Below the pieces are notes generated by a model, which was not told the DNA's origin, made no database searches, and saw only the letters and a program-made list of their open reading frames with translations. A program made the position numbers and the translations under genes. Below are positions 24,552 through 38,200 of a stretch of 64,000 nucleotides of DNA, in pieces. Within the stretch, counting starts at the first letter, position 1; each line of letters opens with the position of its first letter. Source of the stretch: Podarcis tiliguerta (taxonomy: Eukaryota); the NCBI GenBank assembly GCA_965153285.1, contig OZ229112.1, one strand, 5' to 3'.

Positions 24552-27500
24552 CTATAAAACAAAATTAAAGAGAAATTAACTTGGTAAAATATAGGCGATA
24601 AACAATACTTCAGGTCATGTGTTCCTGTGAAGTTCTAAGCAGGCACTAGACAGCCTTTGGTTCAAGGAATTGTGCAGACATGTTTGCTGCAATCCTGTGG
24701 TTCCTGGAATGAATTCCTGCTGCAGCTAGAAAGGAATTTGCTAGAGGGGCATAGGATCACACAAGAACATAACACTGTGGCTTGGCTTAAATTTTATACT
24801 TAGCTGTTAATCCAGGTCATCAAGAGTTCTATGCTGACAATCCCCAATTGTACTGGAAACTAAATCTGAGTACAACTTTCATTTACACGCAACATATTTT
24901 GATGAGACACATTAATAAAGATTCCAACAATAACTTCTCTGCATGTTTGTGGCATTTATAACCTGTTTAGCTGGTTGTCTTCCCAGCTTTGTGTAGAATA
25001 ATGAATTGTAGGAAGTAATTCCTGTTCGTCTGGTGTCTCCCAGTCCTGTACAATTTAATAATGTGGGGCATTGGGGAATGAAACTCAAATTTCCTTGGAG
25101 TATACAGAAAGAGATTAGAATCACACGTAAACTTGAGTGATAGAAGCTAGGCGTCACAGAAGCGTGGCAGAATACTATAAAGAATAAATTGTTGTTGTGG
25201 CAGAATACTGGGCATAATACAGCCAAGTAGAACATTTGAAATCAATAGGTCCCCCTTGAAATTAAAGGGTGTTGTACAATTGTGTCCCTCTGCTGACAGA
25301 AGGCTCTTTAAAGTAGCCTAGGCTAATTACTCCTTCTCTCTGTAAGCCCTTGTGCCCCTCCCCAGGAGAAAGGGGAAAATTCTGAAAATTACCTCTGCTC
25401 AGGTCACAGAAGCTACCAAAGCTAGAATTCTGCCACAACTGGACACAATTCCCTTTGGCTCTGTTCATCAGTTTGCCTCACCTGCCATGTATACTGTGCG
25501 GTGATATACTCCATGCTAGATCATCATCACTGTCGTATCTGCGAGGATTGTCAAAGAAATAAGATCTTGGACTGAACGCATGAGTTGGTACTATCCCTGG
25601 GTTTGTCTAGGGATGAAAGAGAAGTTATTTTGCATTGCACCAATTTCCCGTTGCCGAGTTTTGTGATTTGGCGTCTGTCTTTAAAGAGAAATGCAGAGAA
25701 TTCTAATCACTTTTTTCCTATCCTGTCTCACATTTCTGTGCACTCATTTACATGCTGGCCTTCTGGTAAACGTTTCTGAATATAGCCTCTGTTCCTTCTC
25801 CTTTTGCTTGGAGGGAAATGATGGGAGCGAACAGGAACAGACAATATAAAGTTAAGTCTTGCAAAGTTTCCAAAGCATAATGCGAGTATCATTAGTAAGC
25901 AAATGATCTGGCTTATCTGTTCTAATTTACACTCTGATTTAACAAGCCACCCATTCTCCATTGAGACATACCCAAATTATCTTGTCTTTTGTTATCTGAT
26001 TTGACATTGAATCTTTGCAATTTCTTTTTGAACTCTAATGTCCCAAACTAAATACAGGGGCCCAAATTAATAGAATCAGAGAATTGTAGGGTTGGAAGAG
26101 ACCACAAGAGTCATCTAGTCCAACCACCTGAAATGCAGGAATTTTTTGCTCAATGTTGCACAATCCCAAGATTAACAGTTGCATGCTCTACCAACTGGTC
26201 TTTTAGTCAACAGCTATTATTAGGTTGCTCACAATACCAGTATGGTCATTTTTTTTTTTAAAAAAAAGCATACTAAAATGGTCATAGAATTATATTTGCT
26301 CATTGTTATCATGAAGAAACTGGCTTAGCTTGGCATTATTTTGTCATCTTAGATTTGAGAGGAAACCATTTTTCACCCAGTGTCTCACATTGTGAACCGT
26401 ATAGTGTCATGAGAAAAATAATAATTAAATTATGAGGATCTTCTTTAAATAAGATATAAAGTAATACAAACTTAGTCAAAGGAGTCTCTATTGCAATTTA
26501 AACCGTCATTTAATTCCCTGTTAACAAAGCTCTGCTATGTACTTATATAAACTTCCAGTCACATATATAGTACAATGTATTACTATTTTTTTTTGGCTAT
26601 TACTCCCCTCTAGTGGCTCATTTCCAGAATATCCAATTCCAAAATCCATATTTGGGAGATACTGTGGTTGGCCCAAAAAGTATCACAAAACAGTACGCAA
26701 GCTTTAGAATTCTCCATAATGCTTCATTAGGCTCAATGATAAACAAAGCAAGGGATGCATCTTGTAAGAGCCTTATGGTGGGAGGAGGTAGCCGGCATTC
26801 TAATATGGTTATGGAGGCTAATCTTTAGGATTTGATTTGAAGATGAGAAAATGATATTTTTTCAATTTTATCTTAATTTTTTAAGAACCTTTGATTTTAA
26901 AAACAAATGTTTTTGTGTATTTCCCTAATTTTCCAGCCTGGGGAAATACCAAAAAAATAATTTAAAAAATGCCACATCAGTTACAAACAAAGATTTTGGA
27001 ACACAAGTATGTAAAACAAGAATCTGGTTTAAATAAAGTGAAGCACTATAAACTGATCTGTCCCCTCTCCTTTGTAACATTTTGCAAACGTCTGCTTTAA
27101 ATGTAACTTTAAAAAGATGAATTCTTAAATGATTTAATAGTGAGTCACAATAAATCGAGAATGAGGCAAGCAAATCCTTCCGTATCATAAATATTTCCAA
27201 TCCAGATATTTTGAGCCAACAACCCTGTGCCACCTTCCCCCAAAGCTGAGAGCCCCTAACATCAGGAAATAATTGCCTTTAATGACTCTAGAGCAGAATG
27301 GGCTGAGCGGAAGAATAATTATGCAAAAACAAAGGGTGATGTCTGTATTGATCAATAAATGTGTGCACTCAGATTTTAGAAGGGACACGTGACATTGCTA
27401 GGACAGGAGAGGCATTTCCTTTTAAAAAAAAACAGAATATCAAGAAGTGGGCATATGTTGAATGTGGGGAAAATATAACTTACTAGGTCTTTTGTAGGGT

Positions 27501-30500
27501 TTCGGACACGGAAGAAGAACACCACTAAGGATGTGGGCAGAAGTTCCCATACAAACAGGATTACTCCAAATACAACATATCCAGCATCACCCAACTGACA
27601 TTTCAAATCTGCCTGTTGCAAAATTAAAGTTAAATATGTATTAGATGTACAACTAGATTCAGCATTTGCTAGCAACCCCACAACCTCTATCTATTGCAAA
27701 ATGCATAAGGAAAACACTTCTGCATGCAGAAATGCAACTCTTTCACCACTCTCTGTGAAAATCAACTGCATAAAATACATCTCTGGGCATCAGAGATGGC
27801 CTAGATGCATCTACAATTTTCTTGGCCTAAATAAACAAAGAACCAGCTTCTATGAAAGGCAGGTAGGTTTCAGAGGGATTTTCTGACCAGCAGATCCCAC
27901 TAGTCAGGATGCCATGACCAGAGGGCATTTAAACATGTGGAACTAGGTAGATGGACTCTTCCACAAGCTGTACTTATATGTACCGTATTTTTCGCCCCAT
28001 AGGACGCACTTTTCCCCCTCCAAAAATGAAGGGGAAATCTGTGTGCGTCCTATGGGGCTTCAGGAAGCTATCAGCAAGCCTGGGGAGCCTGGGCAGTTCC
28101 CGCAGGGCTCCCTAGGCTGCGGATAGCAGCCTGCTTCCCGGAGCGTGGGGCGCGCTGAAGCAGAACGCCCCGCGCTTCAGGAAGATATCCGCAGCCTAGG
28201 GAGCCCTGCGGGAGTCCTGCGGATAGCAAACTGCTGCCTGGAGCATGGGGCGCCCTCCAGAGGGCGCCCCGTGATTCGCGCAGGTGTCCGCAAGCCTTGC
28301 GAGCCCGGTGGGAGTTGCCCCGGGCTCGCAAGGCTTGCCGATAGCAGCCTGTTCTGGGGGCTGTGGGGGGGGGGGATAATTTTTTTTTTATTCATTTCCC
28401 CCCCATAAAAGGAGATGCGTCCTATGGGCCAGTGCGTCCTATAGGGCGAAAAATACGGTACTTATGTACTTATAACATGAGAGACACAGTGTGCAGTTTT
28501 GGCCTAGTTCTTAGTCACGCTGGAAGGGTTATACCCATGAGTCACTCGTGGATAAACTGACCTGGTTCTGGATTTCTCGGAATGAATCACAATTGGGGCT
28601 AAACTACATGTGATATTCAATGTGTCACTTGAAAGCATGCCAGTTGCTTCGTTTTAAAAAATGTGAAAGGCGCAGGCAAGTGCAGCTCTTCCTTTTCTGC
28701 CTATGAGCCAAATGAACCTTGCACCGTGCTGCTGCTGCTAATACTTGGTTGGGCATCCTGTGATGATTTAATTACAAGAGTAGCTCTAGCGAAATCTGTA
28801 AAATCAAAAGCCCAATTGGACTTAAGACTTGGGGCAGATAGAGCTTCTTATAGCCTAAAAGGAAAGCTTTCTTAAGGCTTTTCCATGGGTTATTTTTTTA
28901 TGAAGTCATCATGCCAAAACCAGGCAGATGCACATGGTAAGTTTCCTCAAGATAAGTTCATTATTTTTCTGCAGGACAAAGTGGTTATACTGCCTTACTC
29001 TCCTCCTTATATCACATTCCTGGACTACAAAATACATATAAATGAGTCCTACATATAAATGGCTCTGCAGCTAAGCTTCTGTAGCCTCTTTTTTTTAAGG
29101 TTACAAAACTTTGATATCTAAAAGCTTACATATAGATCTGCACAAAAAGTTCTTACCTTGCAGACCGAACACAGCCTGACGTGAGCAGAACCCTTTGTGG
29201 CAAATTATTATTAATTGCAATGCATGTCGGATAAATGGCTGGAGAGGGTCGTTCCTTTTATGCAGTGAAATATCAGTGCAATAATGATTTTAATCTTGAT
29301 ATCACAGGAAAGTACTGTACTTGCCTGATCAGATACATTGTACCAGTCGTAATCAAAAGAATTCTTGCTTTGAGAAAACGATAAAATGAACAGGTTGTAA
29401 CAGGCTCTTGATGTATAAAGCAGTATAACAATCACTCCTACAGTAGTTAACTGGCATACGGATGAACCCTAAAGGAGAGATTAAATACACACATCTTAGT
29501 ATACTTGAATTTGGGCTTGGAAAGTGAGCACTGAAATGCCATGATTCTAGGAGAATAGCATAGCTGGACATCAAGTTACTTAGGACCATCCCAGATGTTG
29601 TTTTGCTTAAATCTACAGTTTGTTTTAGTACTGTCAGATGAACAGTGCTCATACTTACCCACATTCTGCAGCTGAGTTCTCATAATAATTCAGTGCCATA
29701 CTATGCATTGTTATTAAGTAAGAAGTCCTATCATGTTCAGTGGAATTCAGTCCCAAGAAAGTGTGCACAGGATCACAGCCTCTCTTATAGACCAACTTTT
29801 GTTTGTTTATATGTTGGGTTGGATCTAAGATGATATATCTTTCTAGTATTTGAGATTTCATTCCCATCTAGTCTAATTTCCAAGATTTAAGCACATCTTA
29901 AAAAGCTGTCTGTCTGAACCAAGAACATTTAAATAAGCACATGACACTTTGCTGATCCAAGGGCTTGTGGCATTATTAAAGGAACTGAAATCAAGAAGTG
30001 TAGGAAAAAGGATCACGAAAGCTGTGGTGGGACAGTTTACACACAGCAGACGACACTTAAAAGAGGAAATCATTGCTATGTACATATTTGCATTAGAGAT
30101 AAAATGTTGTTGCTATGGTAGTCTGGGAGGAACAAGCTGAAATAAAACTTCCCATCCTATTACAACCAAGTCTAAAAATGGAACTATATAGCTGGCGTTT
30201 TCAGTATGGTATTTCCCCAAATTAACCAACTGAGACAGAGCAGTTTTATGTGGCCTTTTACACTGCAGTTTCTCTAACCTAATAAACACCCATGCTTCCC
30301 AAGATCTTATATGGATTTGGATTTGAGTCCTCGTTCAGCTCATGAAGCTCTCTGAACAGCCGTGGCCCAGACATGCACAGCCTTACCTACCTCACTCACA
30401 ATGTTGTTGGGAAGGGTGTAGCCCTCACCCATGAACCCAGCCCTAAGCCCCATGGAGGAAAGGTGTATGTGTCAGTCCCTGTGCAGCCAGTTCATTGATT

Positions 30501-33500
30501 GCTGTAGATTTCTGTGTCATGACTGAAGGAAGAAAACCAAACAGAAATCCCGCAAAAAAAGGATCATTGCTATGTTGTGCTTCTGCTGAAGTAATATCCA
30601 AAATATCACTTTCCAAATTGCATGTGTGCAAGAGCAAACACAGTATATTCCAAATATCTGACAGATTTACCACTTGTGGTATTATGACCCCAAATCCCTG
30701 ATTTGTTACTTTTTGTGCTGAAATGCACTGATGTGATACCAGGACATTTGAGTATGGTGGTAGATTATTTCAACCAGCTGCAGTGCCACTCTGAATTATT
30801 TATACAGGAGTGCTGACACATAATATGTATGCAAAATAGAATCCAATAAAGCAGTGAACCTATTTAAATGTGGCAGTAATTGTTTAAAGAAAAGATATAC
30901 ATTGTAACATTACTAAACATGGATTTCTTATCCTTAACTACCCAACCATAACTCAGTCAGGCTAAGGCATGAGTAGGCAAACTAAGGCCCGGGGCCCGGA
31001 TCCGGCCCAATCGCCTTCTAAATCTGGCCTGCGGACGGTCCGAGAATCAGCGTGTTTTTACATGAGTGGAATGTGTCCTTTAAAATGCATCTCTGGGTTA
31101 TTTGTGGGGCATAGGAATTCGTTCATTTTTTTTCAAAATATAGTCTAGCCCCCCACAATGTCTGAGGGACAGTGGACCAGGCCCCTGCTGAAAAAGTTTG
31201 CTGACCCCTGGGCTAAGGTTTTTGGAAGAGGAAATTAACTATCTGTGAATCTGTTTTTCAGTTTGATTATTCATATTTTTTTCTTTTCCAATTATATCCT
31301 GCCTTTCTTCCATCATGGAACCCAAGATACTCTCCTGATCAGGCACTTAACATACCCAAACTTGTTTAGCTTCTGCAAGATGCAGGCCTTATGTACCTCA
31401 AAACATGTCCTGGGACCGTACTGTTTGTCCTAACAGAAACAGGCACAAGCAATGAGAGGGGGCAATGGAAATTGCATTGGAAAAGAGTGTGCTGTGCCCA
31501 AGTCACCACAGGGTGGTTTCATGAGGTAATTTTCACAGACAAGCCCCACCCTTATTTCCCAGAAGTCACAGCAAAGCAGTAACATCTATGCTGAAGATTT
31601 GCAATCCAGTGCACACTTTCCTAGGAAAAAATTGATAGTACTTATTCCTGATCAAAAATGTATAGGATTGCACAGTAGCAAATCAATCCTAGCAAGCAAT
31701 GTTTACTTGGAAGGAAGCCCCACCGTGTTCAATTGGGGTTATTAAAGGGAGACTAAGCACATTAAATAATTATATAAAATTCTTTAAAATAACCAAATTA
31801 CCATAGGAAACTAAATCGGCATGAAGGACTAGCACCAACACAGAACAAGAAGTCAGCCTGTGGCATTTGTCTGGCGGAACAAGAGACATTTTTCTAAAAG
31901 TTCCCAAATATGAGTCTTGGTGGGTCTTGATCAGGAAGGAAAGCAGGTATGCTCATCAGACTATTAAATACCCATGGGATGGAATGCCGACATCCGAATA
32001 AAAAGAGACAAGTGGGAACACTGAAAGAAGAGAGGGGAAATGAAGAGAAGGAAGGGAGACAGCTGCCCATAACCTTTGCTACTGCAACGAACTGAGAAGA
32101 TTTATATTATGAATTTTGTTTTACTGAATCCCTAGCACTTTCCCCAACTAATGGGGGAAAGGCAAGAATTGAGGTAAAAACATAAACACCCAAGGACAAT
32201 GTTGTTTCTGAGCCTAATTCCACTGTTGCAAAAGGGAAAGCAAATAGCCTTCTTCTACCATTAGGCAATGAGGGGAGCGGCATCAGAGAGAGGTAAGGCC
32301 CACTGCATTCAATGGCACTTACTCCCTGGTATGTGTGCAAAGGACTGCAGCCTAAAGCTAATAAAATGAACATAAATTCATATTGACTTAATAGAAAAAA
32401 ACAGTGGGTTTTTCTCTCATGAGTCACATACTGTGGGGACAGAACTAGAGATACTTCCTTGGGGGAAACCATGTCTGTTTGAAGTGATATGATACTGCTT
32501 TAAATGTATGGGGCCTTGTTCTTCAACATATACCACTCACTTTTCCTCACAAAGATACAATTCCCCCAGAAGTTGTACAAATGTCTGAAGTTGTACTTTA
32601 CCTTGGATTCCAAGTAAATATTTGCTAAGGACATCTTGGAAATCTTGTAGAGACAAATGGAGAGCGAGATGGCACATAGCACAAACAATGAGTCGTTTAT
32701 AGCAACCCGGATCAATACAATGATCTTCCTTTCTGAATTCTCTATTCTCACAAGTATGGCACACGTTAGATTCACCAGGAGGAAAAGTAGACTGACAACA
32801 AATGACACGAGATAAAGAGGCAACCTAAATGGGGAGAAGGAAACCATTGCTTTTTAAACGATTACCTTTTTAGTAAGTACTGATAAAATGCACAAGATTA
32901 TCCAAGAATATATACCTTCCACTACAATTTCTAGAGGAGTAGCCGTGTTAGTCTGTCGCACATAAGCAATGAAGAGTTTTATGGTACCTAACAAATGTCC
33001 TTTTATAGGACTGGGGTGGTGGTGGTGGTATAGATGGCATCTGGGACAGGGTCTCCTCAGTGGTGGTTCCTCATTTATACAATGCTGTCCCTCATAAGGT
33101 GAGAAAGGTGCATCTCTCTCATTGACTTTCAGAGGTTGGTTGTTTGTTTGTTTAGTATACCACCCTATACTGAATGTATACTTAAATACATTCCTGTTTA
33201 CCCAGGCATTTGATAGCTGAGTAAAATTGGCCACAGCAAGCTTGAAATTAGTAACTGGGAGGTATGTTCTAAATGATTTTACATGTTTTTAGATGGTTTT
33301 TCATTTTAAAAAAAATTAATTGTATTTTAGCTTAAATTGCATAATTTTAACTTTTTGATGTTTGCTGCCCCGGGTTTTTTGAGAGGGGCAGGACAGACAT
33401 AATAATAAATAATATTTGGGTCCTCACCAAGCCCGTGGTTCTGTATCTGTATGATGGGATTCTGTAGAAGTGGTCAAACCAGTTTCTTTGTTAATGGCCA

Positions 33501-35197
33501 CAGGCAAGTCTGTTAAGCATCTTTTTGCTCGACTAAAAAGAGTTGGCCAAATACAGGTGTGCTGCCATAGAAATGACTAGGTAATGATGTTTCCAAAAGT
33601 AGGGAACAGGCCTCCCACCCTCACTTGGCAGGTGGCGATATCATCCTGGGTGTAGTCAAAGGGTAGGCCAGGAGCCAGTCTGTTCTAGTCACCTTTGGAG
33701 CTGGAAACACACAGAGACTTCACTGTTTGAAGATCTGTTGGAGAGTTGAGGCTGTGAGCTCTCCCATCTTATGCTCAGTGTAAATAAAAGACATGATAGT
33801 CTCCAATGATCTTCGTTCCAAGGAAACCCAACTCAAAGGATGATCTGCACCCTTGAAATCTCTCTCCGCTCAGAGATTGGGCTGTACATAACAGTGTAAA
33901 TGGCCAGCTTTTGTGGACTACAGTCTACTTCATCAGATGCATGAAATTTTATCCCGAGTTATAGGAATACTGTATAGGCACATGGCTTCGTGGGATGGGG
34001 ATTGTAAACATTGAGGTCAGAAGGAAATTAATTGCAGAAAGTACAGGTGGTGATAGTTATGTTATTAACAGCTACCAGTGACAAAGCAATTGTTTAAAAC
34101 ACAGACATCCTGGCATTGGTAAACTAATTAGTTCATGCTGTGTGATTTTCCTTTTTAAAATTCAGGCCACAAGTGATAGCAATGAATCTTTTGGTAGATT
34201 CATTGTAATTCAATGGTTTCATGATGTAATCTTCCTTTGAAGCTCCTTTTTTCAACAATTAATTTCCTTCTGATCTTACAATCTGTAACTCTCCTCTTCT
34301 CCACCCCCACCCCCCATGCTCACCCTTGTAACTCAAGATAAAACTTGTCATGTCTGATGAAGGGAACTGGAGACCTGAAAGCTATGCCATAAATAAATTT
34401 GCTAGTCTTTAAGGTGCTATGAAACTCTTCATTGTTTCTCCATGACAAAATAGTTCCTTAGCTTAAGGCACACCCCATACCTTTGAAGCACACTCTTTCT
34501 CACAAATAATTCTGGACACTGTAGCTTACACCTCACAGTTACAATTCTCAGCAACTCTTAACAAGCTACAATACTCAGAATTATTTGAGGAGGCAAATGT
34601 GCTTTAAAGGTGTGTATACAAGTTGGTTTAATACATTTTGCTGCCTGAGGCAAAGGAGAAGATTGCCCACCACCCGCCAAAACACACAATTCCATGTACA
34701 GAAGTCAACCAAAGTGGCAGTGGAATCCCACTGCAACACTGGTGATGGGACCAAGTTCTCCATTTCACTTGAGGACAGGAGTCTAGCAGTACAGGCCATG
34801 CAGCACACAGGACTCTTGTGTTCAACATCTCACTGTCATTCGCCCACCAGGTGCCTGCTCACTCCCCACTGCAAATGCTGCCATGTGTGCAGTACATGAT
34901 AAGCCATTATTAAAGTTTCTGCACGACGACGTTTGGTAAAGTAGTAGTATTTAGCAACTGACATTATTGCCATTTATAAACGTCACTTGATCACCATAGA
35001 TTCAAATTACCCACAGAGAACCAAAGGTTGTTGGAGTGGAAAGTTACCTTGAAGGCAATCCGGTCCAACACCCTACAGAACCAGTGTGGTGTAGTGGTTA
35101 TAGCCGTGCCAAATTTAGGGTGTTGCAGGAGGTTTCCCTGCACAGGGTGCTGAGCCAAGGGGGCACATAGTAGTGGTAGTAGTAATTTATTATTATT

Positions 35198-35229
<32 letters not shown>

Positions 35230-38200
35230 TAGCTAATCAAAGTACTCAAAGTAATTATTGTGAAAATAATAAATATTTGGAGCGGGGTACACCAAATTTT
35301 GACCTCACTCAGGGTACCATATTACCAAAGTCTACCCCTGGTTAGTGTGTTGGACTGGGACCTAGGAGACCAGGGTTCAAAGCTCCACTCAGCCATGAAG
35401 CTCATGAATCGCAAGCCTATCACTTACTCTCAGCCTTACCTACCTCACAGGGTTGCTGTGAAGATAAATTTGGTGGTGGGGAGACCTACCTATGCCACCT
35501 TGCACTCATCAGAAGGCGAGATATAGAAATAAAAACAGCAATCTGTTTTAAATGTACTAAAAAAGTGGCATTCTTTGCTGAAACTGAACAGATTGCAGCA
35601 TTTGTACTTCGGAAAGTAAGTAGTTAAATGGTTGCACAGTAACCACAGCCTGTGAACTTGTTCCATGGAAATCTGATTAAGCATCGCACACTTTCAAAAC
35701 TCTTGTAGGGAGAGGCAGAGTACAACATGTGTTTGTGAACACATCCAAACAATATGCTTAAGCCATGAATTAAAAACACTCCTGTCAAATACAGAAACGG
35801 AAGGTTTTCTTACTTTACCATGTTTGCTCAGAGAAACAGAACCACAGTTGCCTCTCATGAAGGAAAGTCAAGGCAACCTCTACCCGTGGATATTTTCAAG
35901 TTGGAAAACACTCTACACCTTTCATGTTTCATACCTATGTTTAACAAATGGTGATCAATGCACACATATCTATTTTGCTACAGGCATGCACTGTAGTCCA
36001 ACAACAAATGAAGGGCTACAGATACCCTACCCCACTTCCAAGGGGGTTGTGCACTTGGAGAGGTAAACCTGGAGCACATTAACTGCAGCTTCAATGCAAG
36101 CAACTTCTTGGTTCCCTCCTGTCTTTCCTGAGTCTTAACAACGGCATATGACCAGGTGTTATGTGTAAAAGCTCTCCCCAGGCTCTCAGCTTCTACTAGG
36201 ATCCTCCCTAATGAATCCTGGCACAGGGTGAGAAAAGTGGCATGACATGGAAAAGCAAGGCATCCTGATTCTGAGGCAAGACTCGTGGTAGCCTAAAAAA
36301 TCCTTATGTGGGCATTTCAGGGCCTTCAAGATTTAACTCCAGTCCTCTCATGTTCATTGCTGTTGCTTGCACATACTATGCATAAAGAAAAGCCCAACAC
36401 TTATTTCAAAGCACGGTAGGCTAAAGTGTTACCTGCTACGTTGCAGGATCCCTTCGGGAGAAGAGAAGGCTAAGAAACAAACCCTACACAATTCAGGAGT
36501 GGAGTCCCTAAGATGGTGGGATGGTGTCTTGCACACCTTCTTCCAGCAACTCCTGCATTTAAGCTGGTGCCAAACGTATTGGTCTGCTTTCCTTTGGACC
36601 ACATCAGCAAGGCCGGGAGGGGGCTCTTGTCATCTGGGCAGCCCAGGACCTCCATACACACAGCCCAGGCTTGTGCTACTTTGGTGCTACTAACACAGCA
36701 AAAACAGTGCAGGAGATAGCAGTTACAAGCTACCATTCTCTGGAGCCACAACAGGCACTGTGATTCTCTAGTGGTTTAACTTCATTCCCAGAGGTGCACT
36801 CCATGGTCTCTCGAGACAGATGAATGCCAACAATAAACAGACTAAAGTGTGCCTTAGAATCACTAAAACTCTCAAGAAAATGTTGCAATGTAATTATTAC
36901 TTCTTTCAGTAGGTGAATACAGTTCCTATGGAGATGAATTACAATATGGCCCAGCCAGCAATGAACGGTTGTTTTTCCTTTTATTCATTACAGGAAAGGT
37001 GTTTCTTACCTGTATTTAAGTAGTTCTGGTGAGTATTTTGATTTAGCTTTGAAAATCACCTGTAATAAAAATGAAAGTGCATATTATACTTACACAATTG
37101 AAGCTTCAAATATTGTTAACACTCTCTTGTCCCTTTAATAGAGATGGGCCTTTGCTGAGCAGGCTTGGCTTATTCATTGAAGTTTGCTGGGCTGTGGGAC
37201 TGGGAACACTGTTGTTTAATGTGGATACTAAGCTTCCTGTATCTCCATTGTCTATATCATGTTCTCCAAATCACTGCTTTCCCGCACTTTCCAGTCCCTT
37301 TGTCTGGAATTTCCAGTACCTGAGATCCTCCAAAAAGGAGAACAAAGAGCAGAATGTCATATGGAAGCACATGAAGCTCACTTGACACATTAAATGATGG
37401 TATGGATGAGCCCTCTATCACATCCCAAGTAAGTTGATTTCCCATTGCTCAGCTGCTTTTACAGAACATAGGTATTTCCTGATGACCAATTTCAGCCTGC
37501 TTGGCTGAAACCCAGTTGCTTATTGTCCTTTTTCTAGGCTGTTTTACACATAAAAGTAGAAAAAGCAAGTGCCTGATATATATTTAGCATGTGCCCACTT
37601 TCACACTGTAACAGGTGAAATGATTAAACATCCTTCTTGTTAACTTTGTGTAAACTGCAGATATGAAGAAGCAGCTGAGATCACTGTGGTTCCCCTCAGT
37701 CTGTGTCTCCACACCAGGTGGACACATGGTAGAAAATAGTGGAGTCAGGGTTAAAGTAGGTACCTACTAAATACTTAACAGCAGGAGTAGCCAATGTGGT
37801 ATCCATCAGGCAATGGTTAGGAGTGATGGGGACAGGAGTCAAACAACTGTATTGGAATTATATAGTACATATCTATCTTCTTCTATTGTAATGTGTGAAC
37901 ATCCCTAAGGAGCCCTAGTAGAAAAACACTTAATATAAACCAGGGGTGGGGAACCTCCAGATGTTGTTGGATCCCATCTCCCATCAGTCTACTATAGTCC
38001 AATGATCAGAGATTATGGGAGCTGCAGTCCAGCAGACGGGTTCCCTTCCGCTGTTCGAAATAGAAGCCTTTAACAGTGCAGTTCTATGCAAGTCAGAAGC
38101 AAGTCCCAGCTTATTCACTAGGGCTTACTTTACTCACTAGAAAGTGTGTTTAAAGACCTGGATGCATAAAGACCTGAGAACTGGCACATTCCCCATTTTT

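Noticed and set aside
31925-31965. CTGATGAG on - suggesting a hammerhead or C/D snoRNA
   Set aside because: No stem II plus GAAA, and no properly spaced C/D boxes with a terminal stem
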